From contig JBEKTZ010000011.1 of the NCBI GenBank assembly GCA_049515535.1, positions 1 to 64,000 of the forward strand: a stretch of DNA of 64,000 nucleotides. Reading direction: 5' to 3'. This document shows positions 49,298 to 59,323 of the stretch, piece by piece. A program made the position numbers and the translations under genes. Origin of the DNA: Candidatus Aminicenantales bacterium (GTDB lineage: Bacteria; Acidobacteriota; Aminicenantia; Aminicenantales; UBA4085). Each line of letters opens with the position of its first letter. Position 1 is the stretch's first letter. The notes below the pieces were generated by a model, which was not told where the DNA came from, made no database searches, and saw only the letters and a list, made by a program, of their open reading frames with translations.

Positions 49298-50818
49298 TTA
49301 TTTCGCGACCGAGGTGTCTTTGGCCTCTTCCGTCCCTTTCATTTTTTCCATGATGCTGTGTTTCCGCCCGTAAAAAATATAGATTATCAACCCGATGAAC
49401 AGCCAGCCGAAGAGGCGCAGCCAGTTTGCCGGAGGCAGCGAGAACATCAGCAACAGGCATAAAACGACACCCAAAATGGGTATCAGCGGGAATAAAGGCA
49501 CACGAAACGGCCTTTCGGCCTCCGGATGCGTTTTGCGCATGATCAAGACAGCGCTGCAGACGATGACGAAGGCGAGCAAGGTCCCGATGTTGACCAGCTC
49601 GGCCAACAACTCGAGCGGCAGCGCGGCGGACAACAGCGCGACAGAAAATCCCACCAGGATCGTCGATTTCCAAGGGGTGCGGAACTTCTCGTGCACGGCG
49701 CCGAAGAACTTCGGAGGAAGAAGGCCGTCGCGGGCGATGGCCAGCAAAACGCGGGGCAAGCTCAGCATCATGACCACGAGCACAGAAGTGATCCCGGCCA
49801 AAGCTCCGAGCGAGACCAGCAACTGGGCCCAGCCGAGGCCGACCTGCTTAAAGGCCTGGGAGACGGGCGCGTTAATGTCGATCTGGTTGTAAGGGACCAT
49901 GCCCGTCAGGACCGCGGAGACCAGAATATAAAGGACCGTACAGATGAGGAGCGAGCTGATGATGGCGATCGGAACGTCCTTATGCGGCCTTTTGGCCTCT
50001 TCGGCATGCGTCGAGATCGAGTCGAATCCGATGTAGGCGAAGAAGCTGATCGCCGCGCCGGCCAACATGCCGACCGGAGCCCCTCCCATGGATTTTCCGA
50101 ACAAGGTCTTGCCGAAAAAACTCACCCCCGCCATTCCAAACGGAGCGAAGGGCGTCCAGTTCTTGGGGTTGACGTAGAAGGCCCCGACCACGATGACGAA
50201 GACCACGATGATCAGCTTGAGGATGACCATCGAGGCGTTGAACGTCGCGGTTTGGCGGATCCCTCTGACGAGAATAATCGTCACCAGGGCCGTGATGACG
50301 ATCGCCGGCAAGTCGATCCAGCTTCCGCTGGTGCTGACCTTGCCGGTGGCCATATCGAGCTTAAACGGCGCCCAGCCGATGACCTTGGGAATATAGAGCT
50401 TAAACGTGCTTATGAAATCCTGAAAATAATGCGACCAGCCATGGGCGACGGTGGCCGAGGCGACGGAGTATTCCAAGACCAAGTCCCAGCCGATGATCCA
50501 GGCGAACAGCTCGCCCAGCGTGGCGTAGGCGTAGGTGTAAGCGGATCCGGCCACGGGGACCATGGAAGCGAACTCGGCGTAGCAGAACGCCGCGAAAAGA
50601 CAGGTGATGCCGGCCACGACGAATGACAACATCAGCGCCGGGCCGGCCTTATCGTGGGCCGCAACGCCGGTCAGAACAAAAATGCCGGTGCCGATGATGG
50701 CGCCGACGCCGAGGCTCGTGAGCGTCACGGGTCCCAGGATCCGGCGGAGCCTGTTCTCGCCATGGAGCTCTTCGAGGAGCACGTGGAGGGGTTTTCTTCG
50801 GAAAAGCTTATGGGCCAT
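49298..50818 (-). CDS. APC-family amino acid permease
   Basis: GAIIGTGIF, AGSAYTY, FFAYIGFD, NIGTLLAF. Start reassigned to ATG 50818. Confidence 0.93.
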   Translation of the reverse strand: MAHKLFRRKPLHVLLEELHGENRLRRILGPVTLTSLGVGAIIGTGIFVLTGVAAHDKAGPALMLSFVVAGITCLFAAFCYAEFASMVPVAGSAYTYAYATLGELFAWIIGWDLVLEYSVASATVAHGWSHYFQDFISTFKLYIPKVIGWAPFKLDMATGKVSTSGSWIDLPAIVITALVTIILVRGIRQTATFNASMVILKLIIVVFVIVVGAFYVNPKNWTPFAPFGMAGVSFFGKTLFGKSMGGAPVGMLAGAAISFFAYIGFDSISTHAEEAKRPHKDVPIAIISSLLICTVLYILVSAVLTGMVPYNQIDINAPVSQAFKQVGLGWAQLLVSLGALAGITSVLVVMMLSLPRVLLAIARDGLLPPKFFGAVHEKFRTPWKSTILVGFSVALLSAALPLELLAELVNIGTLLAFVIVCSAVLIMRKTHPEAERPFRVPLFPLIPILGVVLCLLLMFSLPPANWLRLFGWLFIGLIIYIFYGRKHSIMEKMKGTEEAKDTSVAK

Positions 50819-51024
50819 GTGTACCTCTTTCTTTAGGGTCTTAGCATATAAGCATTCATCGAATGAATCTATAAGAATGGCATAATACAAAATAAGAAGA
50901 AACAAAGTCAAACGAAACATCTGCGGGGGCGTCCCTTTGTTATCACCCCGCCGCCGTATCGATTGACCTCTCTCCCCACCTTTGATAAAGTATTTTTTCC
51001 GGTTCCGATCCAAGGAGGTCTCGC

Positions 51025-52350
51025 ATGCGAAAAAGATGGGTCGTCTTCGCGACGGTCATCCTCGTCTGCGCCGTCGCCCTTTCCGCGGCGTTCCGCAAAG
51101 AGGACGTTAAGGTCCATAAGCTCGGCAACGGGCTGAAAATCCTTTTGCTCGAGGACCACGCCATACCGAACGTGGCCCTCTACACATTCTTCCATGTCGG
51201 CTCCCGGAACGAACGGACTGGCGTCACCGGCGTGTCCCATTTCATCGAGCACATGATGTTCAACGGCACGCAAAAATTCGGGCCGGGCGAGTTCGATCGG
51301 AAAATGGAATTTTCCGGCGGCGCCAACAACGCTTTCACCGGCGACGACATGACGGGCTATACCGACTGGTTCCCGGCGAAAGCGCTCGAATCCACCATCG
51401 AGATGGAGGCCGACAGGATGCAGGGCCTAATCTTCGATCCGAAGGTCCTTGAATCCGAGCGCGGGGTCGTCGCCTCCGAGCGGCGGATGAGCGTCGACAA
51501 CAACAACGACAGCCTCCTCTCCGAAAGCGTCCGGGCCACGGCCATCATGGCCCATCCCTATCACTGGGACGTCATCGGCTGGATGAGCGACATCCAGAGC
51601 TGGAAGCGCGACGACATCATGAATTATTACAGGACGTATTATTCGCCCAACAACGCCGTGCTCATCGTCGTCGGCGATTTCGAGAGCGGCAAAGCCCTGG
51701 ACTTGATCAAGAAATATTACAGCGGCATCCAGGCCGGACCACCGCCGCCCGCCGTGACGACGGTCGAGCCGCCGCAAATGGGCCCGAAGAGCGTCCTGAT
51801 CCGCAAGGAAGCGCAGGCGCCGTCCTTTGAGATGGTCTTCCACGCGCCGGACTGCGCCTCGCCGGATTACTGTCCGCTGGCCATCCTGGAGACGGCGCTC
51901 CTCAGCGGCCAGAGCAGCCGGCTCTACAGGCGCCTCGTCCGCGAAGAGCAGCTGGCCATCAGCGTCTCCGGCGGTATCGACGAGACGATCGATCCCCTGC
52001 TCTTCACCATTTCGGTCAAGCCGCGCCCCGGAGCGGACCTCGACAAGCTCGAAGCCGTCATCGAGGAGGAATTGGCCAAGATCAAGAACGAAGGCATCAC
52101 GGACCAGGAATATCAAAAGGCGCTGAACATCGTCCGCGTCCAATTCTATCAGGGCCTGCAGACCATCTCCGGCAAGGCCGGCCAGATGGGCTCGGCCGAG
52201 ATCTTCTACGGCAGCTACGAAAAGCTCTTCACCCGGATGGACGATTTCGTCAAGGTCAAACGCGATCAGGTCAAGGAAGCGGCCATAAAATATTTCACGG
52301 ACAACAACAAGACGGTCGGGAAGCTCGTCCCGGCGGGAGGTGCGAAATGA
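51025..52350 (+). CDS. M16 zinc peptidase, catalytic subunit
   Basis: Inverted zinc motif HFIEH, NAFT, HPY. Confidence 0.92.
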   Translation: MRKRWVVFATVILVCAVALSAAFRKEDVKVHKLGNGLKILLLEDHAIPNVALYTFFHVGSRNERTGVTGVSHFIEHMMFNGTQKFGPGEFDRKMEFSGGANNAFTGDDMTGYTDWFPAKALESTIEMEADRMQGLIFDPKVLESERGVVASERRMSVDNNNDSLLSESVRATAIMAHPYHWDVIGWMSDIQSWKRDDIMNYYRTYYSPNNAVLIVVGDFESGKALDLIKKYYSGIQAGPPPPAVTTVEPPQMGPKSVLIRKEAQAPSFEMVFHAPDCASPDYCPLAILETALLSGQSSRLYRRLVREEQLAISVSGGIDETIDPLLFTISVKPRPGADLDKLEAVIEEELAKIKNEGITDQEYQKALNIVRVQFYQGLQTISGKAGQMGSAEIFYGSYEKLFTRMDDFVKVKRDQVKEAAIKYFTDNNKTVGKLVPAGGAK

Positions 52351-53738
52351 AGACGAAAGCGAAGATCGCCTTATTCACGCTGATCCTGATCGCGGCCTCG
52401 CTCGCGGCCCAAGGCGCCTACCTCGCCTCTCCCGAAAAGATCCTCCTCAAAAACGGCATCACGGTCTATTATCTGAAGAGCGCCGATCTCCCGATCGTGA
52501 GCTTCCGGATGTGGATCAAGGGAGCGGGTTACGTCTTCGAACCGGCCGATCTCGAGGGCGTGGCGTCGCTCGCGGCCACCCTCATGCTCAAAGGCACGGC
52601 CAAGATGGACGCGAACGCCATCGCCGAAGCCTTGGATTTCATGGGCGCCCGGTTCGGCGTCGCCGCGGGAGACGAATACGTCAACGTCAGCGCGGAGAGC
52701 CTGAGCGAGCATTTTCCCAAGGTCATGGAAATCGCCGCGGACTGTCTGGCGAACCCGGCCTTCAAGGACGACGAATTCGCCAAGGAGCGCAAAACGCGGA
52801 TCGACAGCCTCAAAGCGGTCAAGGACAATCCCGGCGCGGCCGTCCGGGCCTATTTTCAAAAGGCCTATTTCGGCGCCCATCCCATGGGACACCTCGCCTC
52901 CGGCACCGAGACCTCGCTCAACAAGATCACCCCGGCCGACCTCAAAAATTATTACCAAAAATATTTCCGTCCCGAGAGAGGCGTTGCCGCGGTCGTCGGC
53001 GACATCGACAAGACGAAGCTCGTCGACCTGTTGAACGCGACGATCGGCTCCTGGAAAAGCGCGGGCCCGGCCGCTCCGGCGTCGACGATCCCGGCCCTTC
53101 CCAAGCCGAAAGGAAAAAAACTGATCCTCATCGACAAGCCCGACGCCACCCAGGCCTACTGGATTCTCGGCGCTCCGGGATACGCGATCGGCGACAAGCT
53201 CACGCCGCAGGCGACGGTGATGAACACGCTCTTCGGCGGGAGGTTCACTTCGTGGCTGAGCACCGAGCTCCGCATCAAGCGCGGCCTGACCTACGGCGCG
53301 AGCAGCAATTTGCAGTCCTGGACGCCCGGAGGGATTTTCAGCGCCGGCTCCTTCACGCGCAACGAAAAAATCGGCGAAATGCTCCAGATCACCTTCGATC
53401 TCCTGAAAAAAGTCCGCGCGGAAGGGTTCGCGGCCGAGGAAATCGAAAGCTCGCGGAATTATATCCTGGGCCAGTTCCCGCCGACGCTCGAATCCAACGC
53501 CAGCAAGGCCACGGCTTATGTCAGGCTGGCGTTCTTCAACCTCGGGTTCGATTATTATGACAAGTACCTGGCGAATATATCCGGGGTGAACGGCGCGCAG
53601 GCGAAAGACGCGGCCGTGAAGCTCGTCCCCGAGGCCGATTTCGTCCTGGTCGTCGTCGGCAAGGCGGCGGAGATCAAGGCCCAGCTCGACAAGTTCGGGA
53701 CCTGGACCGTCAAGAAGATCACGGATCCGGATTTTTAG
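52347..53738 (+). CDS. M16 peptidase, non-catalytic partner subunit
   Basis: No HxxEH; ELRIKRGLTYG; overlaps the upstream gene (ATGA). Confidence 0.9.
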   Translation: MKTKAKIALFTLILIAASLAAQGAYLASPEKILLKNGITVYYLKSADLPIVSFRMWIKGAGYVFEPADLEGVASLAATLMLKGTAKMDANAIAEALDFMGARFGVAAGDEYVNVSAESLSEHFPKVMEIAADCLANPAFKDDEFAKERKTRIDSLKAVKDNPGAAVRAYFQKAYFGAHPMGHLASGTETSLNKITPADLKNYYQKYFRPERGVAAVVGDIDKTKLVDLLNATIGSWKSAGPAAPASTIPALPKPKGKKLILIDKPDATQAYWILGAPGYAIGDKLTPQATVMNTLFGGRFTSWLSTELRIKRGLTYGASSNLQSWTPGGIFSAGSFTRNEKIGEMLQITFDLLKKVRAEGFAAEEIESSRNYILGQFPPTLESNASKATAYVRLAFFNLGFDYYDKYLANISGVNGAQAKDAAVKLVPEADFVLVVVGKAAEIKAQLDKFGTWTVKKITDPDF

Positions 53739-53748
53739 GAGAAAATAA

Positions 53749-55512
53749 ATGAAAAAACGTTTGTCACTGATTTCGTTTTTATTGGTCGCCGCGCTGCTGG
53801 CCGGCGCGTCCGTGTTCGGCGGAGGGCCGAGGGCGCAGCAGGAATGCGCGACGTGCGGCATCGCCGACGCGGCCCTCGAAGCCTGCACGGTCATCATGGT
53901 CGGCAAGGACGCTTCGATCGACGGCTCGGTCATGTCGACGCACACCTGCGATTGCGGCTCGTGCGACTGGACGTTCCGCCGCATCCCGGCCCGCGACCAC
54001 AAGCCCGGCGACGTGCGCAAGATCTACCATATCGGCCAATTCGAATCCCCCTCGCCCGACCTCGGCCTGAAATGGGACCGCGTCCCCTTGGATGGCTACG
54101 CCGGCCTGGACCTGCCCGAACCCGCCCATACCTACGGTTACATTCACGGCGCCTTCGGCTACATGAACGACGTGCAGGTGTCGATCGGCGAATCGACGCT
54201 CGGCTGCCAGAAAAAGATGGAGAACCAGACGCCCACGCCCAAATTCGACATCACCATGCTGACTCTTCTGGCCATGGAGCGGGCCTCCACCGCCCGCGAA
54301 GCGATCAAGCTCATGGGCGAAGTGTCCGAGAAATACGGCTACGGTTTCACCGACTCCGGCGAAATGCTGGCCGTATCCGACCCGAGGGAAATCTGGGTCT
54401 TCGAGATCATGCCCGCCGGCCCGCTGTGGACGCCCCAAAGCGGCAAGCCCGGCTGCGTCTGGGCCGCCCAGCGTGTGCCCGACGACCACGTCTCGGTCTG
54501 CCCCAACGAATCGCGCATCGGCGAGATCGATTTGGCCAATAAAGACTTTTTCATGGCTTCGCCCAACGTCGTCTCCTTCGCGGTCGAGCAGAAGCTCTAC
54601 GATCCCAAGAGCGGCAAGCCCTTCAACTTCAAGCGGGCCTACTCGCCCAACGAAGTCAGCGCCCAAAGCTCCAACGGCAACCGCGTCCGCCTGTGGCGGT
54701 TCTTCAACCTGGTCGCCCCCTCGCTCAATCTCGGCCCCGAAACGCCGAATATGGACCTTCCCTTCTCCGTCAAGCCGGACAAGAAATTCTCGGTGTACGA
54801 CATTATGCAGATGACCCGCGACAAATGCGAGGGGACGATCTTCGCCCCCGCGCGCGGCCTGCAGGGCGGCGCGTTTTCCAACCCGAACTTCCTGCCCTAC
54901 GGCTTCAAGGTGGACGGCAAGACCTACAACACCTCGCGCATCATCAGCGTCAACCGGGCCGAATACGTCACGGTCACCCAGGCCAGAAGCTGGCTGCCGA
55001 ATCCCGTCGGCGGGATCATCTGGCTGGCTTTCGGCGCGCAGGACACGTCGTGCTTCATGCCCCTCTATGCCGGCATCGCCGAGATTCCGCGGTCGTTCCA
55101 GATCGGCGACCACTGGGAATTCAACAGGGAGTCCGCGCGCTGGGCGTTCGATTATGTCGATTTTCACACCCAGGTCCTCTATTCGCTCGCCATCCAGGAC
55201 GTGCGCGAAGCCCAAAAGAAATGGGAGAAAAGCGCGGTGGACCGGACGCCGCTGATCGATAAAAACGCCCTCGAACTCCACCAGAAAGATCCGGCGGCGG
55301 CCGCCAACTATCTCACGGATTATTGCCTGGGCAACGCCAGCGCCGTAGTCAACGCCTGGTGGGACCTGGGCAATCAGCTCCTGGTGAAATTCAACCACCT
55401 CTGGATTTATGACGGCAAGACCCGGAAGCGCAACCCTCTGCCGTTCCCGGATTGGTATCTCAGGGCGCTCGTGGAATACAACAAGCTCAAACCGCAGGAA
55501 GAAAAGAAATAA
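53749..55512 (+). CDS. C69-family dipeptidase
   Basis: Ntn nucleophile CTVIMVGKDASIDGS, YMN..QVSIGEST, WAAQRVPD. Confidence 0.9.
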   Translation: MKKRLSLISFLLVAALLAGASVFGGGPRAQQECATCGIADAALEACTVIMVGKDASIDGSVMSTHTCDCGSCDWTFRRIPARDHKPGDVRKIYHIGQFESPSPDLGLKWDRVPLDGYAGLDLPEPAHTYGYIHGAFGYMNDVQVSIGESTLGCQKKMENQTPTPKFDITMLTLLAMERASTAREAIKLMGEVSEKYGYGFTDSGEMLAVSDPREIWVFEIMPAGPLWTPQSGKPGCVWAAQRVPDDHVSVCPNESRIGEIDLANKDFFMASPNVVSFAVEQKLYDPKSGKPFNFKRAYSPNEVSAQSSNGNRVRLWRFFNLVAPSLNLGPETPNMDLPFSVKPDKKFSVYDIMQMTRDKCEGTIFAPARGLQGGAFSNPNFLPYGFKVDGKTYNTSRIISVNRAEYVTVTQARSWLPNPVGGIIWLAFGAQDTSCFMPLYAGIAEIPRSFQIGDHWEFNRESARWAFDYVDFHTQVLYSLAIQDVREAQKKWEKSAVDRTPLIDKNALELHQKDPAAAANYLTDYCLGNASAVVNAWWDLGNQLLVKFNHLWIYDGKTRKRNPLPFPDWYLRALVEYNKLKPQEEKK

Positions 55513-55611
55513 GGCGGAAGTGGCGGCCGTTCACAAGGGTTGGCGGAAGCCATAACTACGCTCAGATAAAACTGCTCCTCGAGGGCCGAAGAGGAGCGAT
55601 TTAAAGGATTC

Positions 55612-56865
55612 ATGGACGAGACCATAAACCGCGCGGGGCTCTTCGCCTGGATGAGGGGAGCCCCTCCGGCATCGCGGCGGGCGCTCATCGCGGCATCGCT
55701 CGGCTGGATGCTCGACGCCTTCGACATCATGCTCTACACCATGGTCGTAGGCTACATGATGAACGACCTGGGGATGAAAGAAGGGACGGCGGGATTCATG
55801 CTCTCGCTGACGCTCTTCGCCGCGGCGGCCGGCGGGGTCGTTTTCGGCGTGCTGGCCGACAAGCGGGGCCGGACGTGGGCCCTGCGGGCCAGCGTTCTGA
55901 TCTATTCCATATTCACGGCCGCCTGCGGTTTTGCCCAATCCGTGCCGATGCTCGCCGTTTTCCGCATTTTTCTGGGATTGGGGATGGGCGGCGAATGGGC
56001 CAGCGGCGCGGCGCTCGTTTCCGAGACCTGGCCCGACGAGCACCGAGGCAAGGCCCTGGGCTTTGTCCAGAGCTTCTGGGCCATCGGCTTCGCGGCCGCA
56101 GCGCTCGTCAAGGCCGTCGTCCTTCCCCTCTGGGGCTGGCGGGCGGTCTTTTTCATCGGAGCGCTTCCGGCCCTGCTGATCTTCTGGGTCCAGAGGAAAG
56201 TTGAGGAGCCCGCGGTCTGGCTAGCGCAAAAGGCCCACAAGGCCGTCGCGCAAAGAACGAGGATCGGCGCCGTTATCCGGGGCCGACTGCTGAGGATCAC
56301 CATCGCCGTGACGTTGATGAACGGCTTTCTCATGTTCGGCTGGTGGGGACTCAATACCTGGATTCCCGGGTACCTTTCCCTGTCCCAGAGCAAGGGCGGG
56401 ATCGGGCTGAGCAATTGGCTCGCCTCCTCCCTCATTTTCTTCATGCAGTTCGGGATGTGGCTCGGGTACCTGACCTTCGGCTATTTCAGCGACATCATCG
56501 GCCGGAAAAAAACCTATATCATATATTTCGCGGCTGCCGCGGTCTTCATTTTCATCTATGCCCGCCTCAGCGATCCGCTGACTCTGTTTGTCCTCGGCCC
56601 GTTCGTCGCCTTCTTCGGAACGGGAGGTTTCTCCGGGTTCGGCGCGTTGACGGCCGAGCTTTATCCCACCCGGATCCGGGCGACTCTCCAAGGCACGACG
56701 TATAACGCCGGCCGGATCTTGTCCGCCACCGCGCCTCTGGTCATCGGATCGCTCGCCCAAAAAAAAGGATTCGGGACAGCCTTCCTGCTGGCTTCGGCCG
56801 CGTTTCTGGCGGCCGCCGTCACCTGGATCTGGATCCCCGAGACGCGCGGCCGCTCCCTCGAATAA
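55612..56865 (+). CDS. MFS transporter
   Basis: GWMLDAFD, LADKRGR, GLGMGGEW, ELYPTRIRAT. Confidence 0.92.
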   Translation: MDETINRAGLFAWMRGAPPASRRALIAASLGWMLDAFDIMLYTMVVGYMMNDLGMKEGTAGFMLSLTLFAAAAGGVVFGVLADKRGRTWALRASVLIYSIFTAACGFAQSVPMLAVFRIFLGLGMGGEWASGAALVSETWPDEHRGKALGFVQSFWAIGFAAAALVKAVVLPLWGWRAVFFIGALPALLIFWVQRKVEEPAVWLAQKAHKAVAQRTRIGAVIRGRLLRITIAVTLMNGFLMFGWWGLNTWIPGYLSLSQSKGGIGLSNWLASSLIFFMQFGMWLGYLTFGYFSDIIGRKKTYIIYFAAAAVFIFIYARLSDPLTLFVLGPFVAFFGTGGFSGFGALTAELYPTRIRATLQGTTYNAGRILSATAPLVIGSLAQKKGFGTAFLLASAAFLAAAVTWIWIPETRGRSLE

Positions 56866-56910
56866 AACAATAGGGAGAAAACAATAGGGAGACACAATAC
56901 CCATTTCCCT
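56864..56910 (+). repeat. Tandem 14-mer AAAACAATAGGGAG x2 overlapping a 23-bp motif repeated at 59241-59263
   Basis: Seen directly: ggagacacaatacccatttccct vs ggagacacaatacccgattccct. Confidence 0.6.
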
Positions 56911-57008
56911 TTTTCGTCGCTCCATTTCCGTTTCCCCTATTTTTCTGTTGATTTTCCACCTTTGTTGGTATAAGGATTATTTATCTTGAAAAAGGAGGAG
57001 TTAGGGAA

Positions 57009-57932
57009 GTGAACCGCAGAAATTTCGTCAAATACGGACTCGGTTCGGCCGCGGCTTTGTCCTTGGCCCGGCCGAATGAGGTTTTTTCGCAGATTCAAAC
57101 GGGAACGCGCCTTGCCGGAAAAAAATTCAAGCTCAAATACGCCCCGGCCATCGGAGAGTTCAAAGCCCACGCGGGAAACGATCCGCTGGCCCAGATTCAA
57201 TTCGCGGCCGACGAGGGATTCTCGGCGATGTTCGACAACGGCATCATGAACCGCCCCGTCCCCCAACAGGAAGCCATCGCCGGGGACATCGCCAAGCGCG
57301 GCATGACGCTCGGGCCGTTCGTTCTCTACGCCGACTTCGGCAAGGAGAGCTTCGTCACCCGCGATAAGGAGATCCGGGACATGCTCCTCAAGAAGATGGG
57401 GGACGGCATCGAGACCATGAAACGGACGAACATCAAGATGGCCCTCGTCGTCCCCGGCCGCTACGATGAAAGCCTGGCCTGGGACTATCAGACGGCCAAT
57501 GTCGTCGATAATCTCCGGTTCTGCATGGACGCCTGCGCGCCGGCGGGCCTGGTCATCGTCCTGGAGCCGCTCAACCCGAAAAATCATCCGGGCCTCTTTC
57601 TGACGAAGATCCCGCAGGCTTATGAGATCTGCAAGGCCGTCCATAGTCCCAGCTGCAAGATCGTGGACGACCTGTATCATCAGCAGATCACGGAGGGCAA
57701 CCTGATCCCCAACATCGACGCGGCCTGGGACGAAATCGCCGCCTTTCACCTCGGCGACAACCCGGGGCGCAACGAGCCGACCACGGGCGAAATCAATTAC
57801 CGGAACATCTTCAAGCATCTGCACGAAAAAGGATACCAGGGCGTCCTGTGCATGGAGCACGGCCAAAGCCGGCCCGGAAAAGAGGGCGAGAGGGCCGTCA
57901 TCGACGCGTACAGGCAATGCGATAATTATTGA
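57009..57932 (+). CDS. Tat-exported hydroxypyruvate isomerase-like TIM-barrel protein
   Basis: NRRNFV; LEPLN..NHPG, DLYHQQI.EGN, DNPGRNEP.TGEINY. Confidence 0.88.
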   Translation: MNRRNFVKYGLGSAAALSLARPNEVFSQIQTGTRLAGKKFKLKYAPAIGEFKAHAGNDPLAQIQFAADEGFSAMFDNGIMNRPVPQQEAIAGDIAKRGMTLGPFVLYADFGKESFVTRDKEIRDMLLKKMGDGIETMKRTNIKMALVVPGRYDESLAWDYQTANVVDNLRFCMDACAPAGLVIVLEPLNPKNHPGLFLTKIPQAYEICKAVHSPSCKIVDDLYHQQITEGNLIPNIDAAWDEIAAFHLGDNPGRNEPTTGEINYRNIFKHLHEKGYQGVLCMEHGQSRPGKEGERAVIDAYRQCDNY

Positions 57933-57940
57933 AGGAGGGT

Positions 57941-59224
57941 ATGATGAACGAAAAATCTCATCGGAAGAATCATTTTTCACGCCGCGATTTCATCAAAACG
58001 ACCGTCGGAGCGTCGCTCGCGGCGGCCATCCCCGGCAGCCTCGGTCTTCACGCCGGGGGGACGGATACGATCCGCATCGGGATGATCGGCTGCGGCGGCC
58101 GGGGCACGGGCGCGGCCATCGACTGCCTGACCGCGGCGCCGGGCGTCGAGGTCGTGGCCATGGGCGACCTTTTCATGGACCGGATCGAGAGTTCTCTCAA
58201 GAAAATCAAAGAGGCCCATCCGGATAAGATCAAGGTGACCCCGGACAAGATGTTCACCGGCTTTGACAATTACCTCAAAGTCTGCGCCTGCCCCGACGTC
58301 AACCTGATCGTCACGGCCACGCCTCCGGGCTTCCGGCCGATCCACTTCAAGGCCGCGGTCGAGGCCGGCAAGCACGTGTTCATGGAAAAGCCCGTGGCCG
58401 TCGATCCCGCCGGCGTGCGCTCGGTCATCGCCTCCGCGGACCTCGCCGCGAGAAAAGGCCTGGCCGTCGTCTGCGGCACCCAGCGCCGCCACCAGCAGCG
58501 CTACCTCGAGCTGATGAAGCGGATCAACGGCGGCGCGATCGGCGAGATCGTCGGCGGCCAATGCTATTGGAACCAGGGCGATCTCTGGGTCGTCAAGAAG
58601 ACGCCGAAAATGACGGACATGGAATGGCAGTGCCGGAACTGGCTGTATTTCACCTGGCTCTCGGGCGACCATATCGTCGAGCAGCACGTCCATAACATCG
58701 ACGTCATGAATTGGGCCATGGGCAGCCTCCCCGTCAAGGTCATGGCCATGGGCGGGCGGCAGCAGCGCACGGCCCCGGAATACGGAAACATCTACGATCA
58801 TTTTGCCGTCGAATTCGAGTATCCGAGCGGCGTGCGCGTTCAAAGCATGTGCCGCCAGATCCCCGGCTGCGCGGAGCGCGTCGAGGAGAAGATCGTCGGG
58901 ACCAAGGGCTACGCCTTCGGCTACGGCGAGATCCACGGCGAGAATTTCTGGAAATTCGAGGGCGATGAGCAAAATCCCTACGTCCAGGAACATGTTGACC
59001 TGATCGCCGGCATCCGGAGCGGAAAACTTCCGAACGAAGCGCGCCGCATCGCGGAAAGCACGATGTGCGCCATCCTCGGCCGGATGAGCGCCTATACGGG
59101 CCGAGCGATCAGCTGGGAATGGGCGATGAACAGCTCCAAGCTCGATCTCACGCCGCCGAAGTTCGAGTTCGGTCCCCTTCCGGTCGAGCCCGTGGCCATT
59201 CCCGGAAAAACGCCCCTGATCTAA
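57941..59224 (+). CDS. Tat-exported Gfo/Idh/MocA oxidoreductase
   Basis: SRRDFI; GCGGRGTGA, EKPVA, GDHIVEQHVHNID. Confidence 0.92.
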   Translation: MMNEKSHRKNHFSRRDFIKTTVGASLAAAIPGSLGLHAGGTDTIRIGMIGCGGRGTGAAIDCLTAAPGVEVVAMGDLFMDRIESSLKKIKEAHPDKIKVTPDKMFTGFDNYLKVCACPDVNLIVTATPPGFRPIHFKAAVEAGKHVFMEKPVAVDPAGVRSVIASADLAARKGLAVVCGTQRRHQQRYLELMKRINGGAIGEIVGGQCYWNQGDLWVVKKTPKMTDMEWQCRNWLYFTWLSGDHIVEQHVHNIDVMNWAMGSLPVKVMAMGGRQQRTAPEYGNIYDHFAVEFEYPSGVRVQSMCRQIPGCAERVEEKIVGTKGYAFGYGEIHGENFWKFEGDEQNPYVQEHVDLIAGIRSGKLPNEARRIAESTMCAILGRMSAYTGRAISWEWAMNSSKLDLTPPKFEFGPLPVEPVAIPGKTPLI

Positions 59225-59323
59225 ATCTAACGGGATTTATGGAGACACAATACCCGATTCCCTATTAAAAGGGGAAAGCGGGATAGAGGATGGAGTCTCT
59301 CTGAGGAAGAAAGGCAGGACAGC

